From: Podarcis muralis
Taxonomy: Eukaryota
Direction: 5' to 3'
NCBI RefSeq assembly: GCF_964188315.1
Contig: NC_135662.1
Coordinates: 20,956,564 to 21,020,000, forward strand
Length of the DNA stretch: 63,437 nucleotides
Position numbers and translations under genes: made by a program. This document shows, one piece after another, positions 60,188 to 63,437 of this stretch. Each line of letters begins with the position of its first letter. The stretch's first letter is position 1. The notes beneath the pieces are model-generated. The model had not been told where the DNA came from and searched no databases. It saw nothing but the letters and a program-made list of their open reading frames with translations.

Positions 60188-61762
60188 TATTTTATTTACC
60201 ATATCTATATCTATTGGCCTCCTTCCTAAAGGAGCCCTGAGCAGCAGTTTGGATGGCTTTAAAAGAAGATTAAACAAAGTCATGAAGGCTGGCTATATTC
60301 TATCTCCACTGTCAGAAATGAAGTGCTTTTGAATACCAGTTGATGAGAACACGATTTGTGGTTCTGGGCTTTCCATGGGTATCTGGTATGAGAACAGGTT
60401 GCTGGACTAGATGGACCTTTGATCTGAATCAGCAGGGCTCTTATCTTCTTATGTAAAGGTAACTTCTGTCATCAGGTTACAGGCAAGAGCCACATACTAA
60501 TGTTCCACTAGTGTTAGTAGTCTATATTTACAAAACCTAAGTTGTTTTTACAAAAACATCATGTTGCATATTTCAACATGGCTAATCTCAAATCGATGAT
60601 AACATATGGGCCTCTGGGGGAAGTTATTTTGTTCTAGTTTGTTACAAAAGCTAGTTCAGGATTACAGATGCCAAATTATTTCAGCTGTGTGCAATGCACC
60701 TTGAAATGATTCGTGTATTTTGCTATTCCCTTGATACAGGATAGGTAGCAAAGTTGTTAGGAAGAATCACTAAAAAAGGAACACAAACTGAGAGGAAGAA
60801 ACTAAGAACTTAGTTTTTACAGTACAGTAGTTTCAAATTCTTCTAATGACCATCTGGGGTGAAAAAAGTTCAAGAGGAGAAGCCAAAAGTTGGTGGCTTC
60901 TCAACTGCACCAGGAGAGACCACCTGCATCCCTTCTTTTCTGTCCTCTATCACAGCCTGATATAATAGGTACTGCAAAGTGGCTGTTGAGGGAGGTTGAT
61001 ATAATGGCTGCTGTCAGGTGACAGTTCTGCCAGGTGCTGTATAGGAATATTTAAATCAGCACAGTATGAAAAAAGTATTTGATTTGTCTCTCGCAAACAC
61101 AATCATATGTAGCAGTACACCTAGGGAGAGCAATGATATGAAGTTGACTATTATGACAACATGTCATCTTACAAGGCTTACACTCTTTTTAAATGTCAAT
61201 TTTGCCCTCAAAATTGATATAAGACAATGAATGGTTTACAACCTACCCATGCACATTTAAAAAAAAAAAATCCTGCCTCTTGTCAAAAGTTATTTTGACC
61301 TTGATAGCTTTAACTTTGACATAACAAGCAGGGAGACTTGCAGAGCATTTGAATTCACATAGCCATGAAGATGAATGTAAAGAGAACAAACTAAAAACAG
61401 TATTTAGAGACTGCAGGATCTTATTTCAAGGCTTATTCAAGAAAGGTGGGGAAAAGTTTCACGGTTTATTAGTAACAGGAATTAGTCCAAATATTGGAAA
61501 GCATCCAAATCCTAATATTTTCAATAAGCATTACACCTGCTATTTGTATCAATACAGGATGTGGTTTCTTTGAAACAGCTTCCAATAGAACTGGACACAG
61601 GTCAAGAAGATTTATTCTACTGCAGCTTAGAAATACCTTTTGCAGGTTATTTATTCATTTTTAGGTTAGGGTGCAGGTGTTACTGGAACTGGAGGGCCTG
61701 TGCTATAAACTGTAATGCAGGTGACCTTCTCTCAAGGGTTGTATTGAGAGAAGTTGTATTGT

Positions 61763-61959
61763 TGTATACCAACCTCGGAGCACGGTGAAGTGCCCCCGAA
61801 TCTTTTTTCTAATTTGGCATAATGTTTGAATTGTTTGATTATTGAATAATATGTATAATTATTATGTATAATAATGTACATGTAGAATTATGAATATATG
61901 ATGTGGTTTGATTGGATTGTTAAAATGGAAAATTTAATAAATATAATTTTAAAAAGAGA
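61763..61959 (+). mobile_element. short 5'-truncated retro-insertion (probably L1 3' UTR) with 17-bp TSD
   Basis: GAGAGAAGTTGTATTGT at 61746-61762 and 61960-61976; internal AATAAA and A-rich end. Confidence 0.7.
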
Positions 61960-63437
61960 GAGAGAAGTTGTATTGTGCTGGCAGGAGGGGCAGTCCATAA
62001 GTTAATGGCTCCTCCTATGTAGAAAAATATATCGCATCTGATGTTAAACAGAAAACAATCTGAACAGGTATTTGCATGGGAAAGACCGTTCCAACAAGCT
62101 TACAGTCATTCACCTTTTTACTATTTACCTCACCCACCAGCATCATGTATTAGTAATTTTGTGTTGAAGTAGGCAATGCATGCACATTTGTTAATTGTCT
62201 TACACAAAACTGATTTTTTTTTAAAAAAAAAAAAGTTTGGGTTACTGTATGTATATCACACACAAACCTAACTGTTAAACTAACAAATCACACTCTTACA
62301 AACGGCAGTAAGCACTCCAGTTGAATTCCTATTTTTTAAAAAAGACTTGACAGTACAAACCTATGCATGTGTTTAGAGAGGCTTACTCCAGTAAGTGTGC
62401 GTGGGAATGCAGCCAGAGATAGTAAAGATGTAATTTGGTACCTTTCTATAGGGGTAAAATGCTGCTTTGATCAATGTCATATATCACTAAAGTCTTTCTT
62501 CCTTTTTTCCATCTGGAAAGTGCTGAAGTGTAAATTTGGTGAATTTACAAGATAAACTATGGACTTGATATACTGAGCCGTAAATGGTAAAGTTGGGGAC
62601 CAGAAAACCAATGTTCTGTACATCAAAATCATTTAGCCCAGAACTGTATGTTGCTGACATCATAGCTGAAAGCAGACCTTTTTTTCTAGAATAAGTTTAA
62701 TAAAAAAAAAACCAGACCAGAAAACCCCCCACAAAACCTCCAAACCCCATAAAACACTTAAAGAATAACAGAGGCATTAAAATGTCTATCATCAACAATA
62801 CTGTTCAACTGTTTCTACCTTTAACACAAGATACGCAAAGAATCATCACTAGGCTTTTCTGCATCTTTTTCTCTCAACAATCCACAGCTGTACACCAGCA
62901 ATATCTGAGTAGGTAACTTACAGACTGCCCACACACACTAGGGAATTAATATTGCTGTCTCACTACAGAGACTAAATCAAAGACAGGCATACTCTTCCAG
63001 TAGCAATAACCTACTGCTGGCAAGAAAGTCATGAAATGGTTGACTTCAGGAATCTTTGTCCTGAAAGCTCCTGTAAGAACAGCAGAATATACTAAAAATG
63101 GATATAAAAATGGTCACTTGTGTTCCAAGAGAGCAACTCAGTTTTCATTATTTCAATGTCCAAACCATAACTTCCTCTGCTTTTTAAGCTCCTTCCCTTT
63201 AAAATGAATCTCAAAAGACTGCTAATACGAGATTCTGATCTCTCAGAAAAGAAAGTGAATGGACTAAAAGCATTAACCTTTGCAAACTGACTTTTGTTAG
63301 GATATTCATGAAACGCTCTCAGTAATCACTGAATTCCCATAACAAAAAGTATATAACTATATACCTATTATATGGAAATTTTATTTTAAGTCTATTTTAG
63401 ATTCATAAAATGGCAATATCAAAATGCTGAAAAACAA

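Noticed and set aside
57560-63437. Upstream long-isoform OXR1 exon (ending ...REWE)
   Set aside because: Searched by eye on the minus strand and not found; presumably beyond the window end.

Overview
Vertebrate nuclear DNA from a squamate reptile. The Sauria SINE, CR1, L2 and BovB-like RTE content suggests a lacertid lizard, but that assignment is inference. The window holds two convergent protein-coding genes. ABRA/STARS is complete on + (exon 1 CDS 24492-25228, exon 2 CDS 34097-34559; GT-AG junction in frame, 390-399 aa). The 3' part of OXR1 lies on -: six exons encoding the linker and TLDc domain (51164 down to stop at 39580), plus a 22-codon alternative first coding exon of the short TLDc-only isoform at 57494-57559, which is too short for the supplied ORF track. 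This tail-to-tail arrangement matches the known mammalian OXR1-ABRA synteny. The rest is intergenic or intronic and rich in transposons: 7 Sauria SINEs of two subfamilies, other tRNA/MIR-like SINEs, LINE fragments, TA- and 8-bp-TSD MITEs, two solo LTRs with 5-bp TSDs, and microsatellites. I found no convincing previously undescribed biological system. The best leads are regulatory: an RBFOX-flanked 81-nt OXR1 cassette exon, an unexpected splice acceptor and possible 65-nt intron in front of the short-isoform ATG, a 70-nt cluster of three miRNA 8mer sites plus a Pumilio element in the OXR1 3' UTR, and a three-level nested SINE. Family names and comparisons with human proteins come from memory and need database confirmation.
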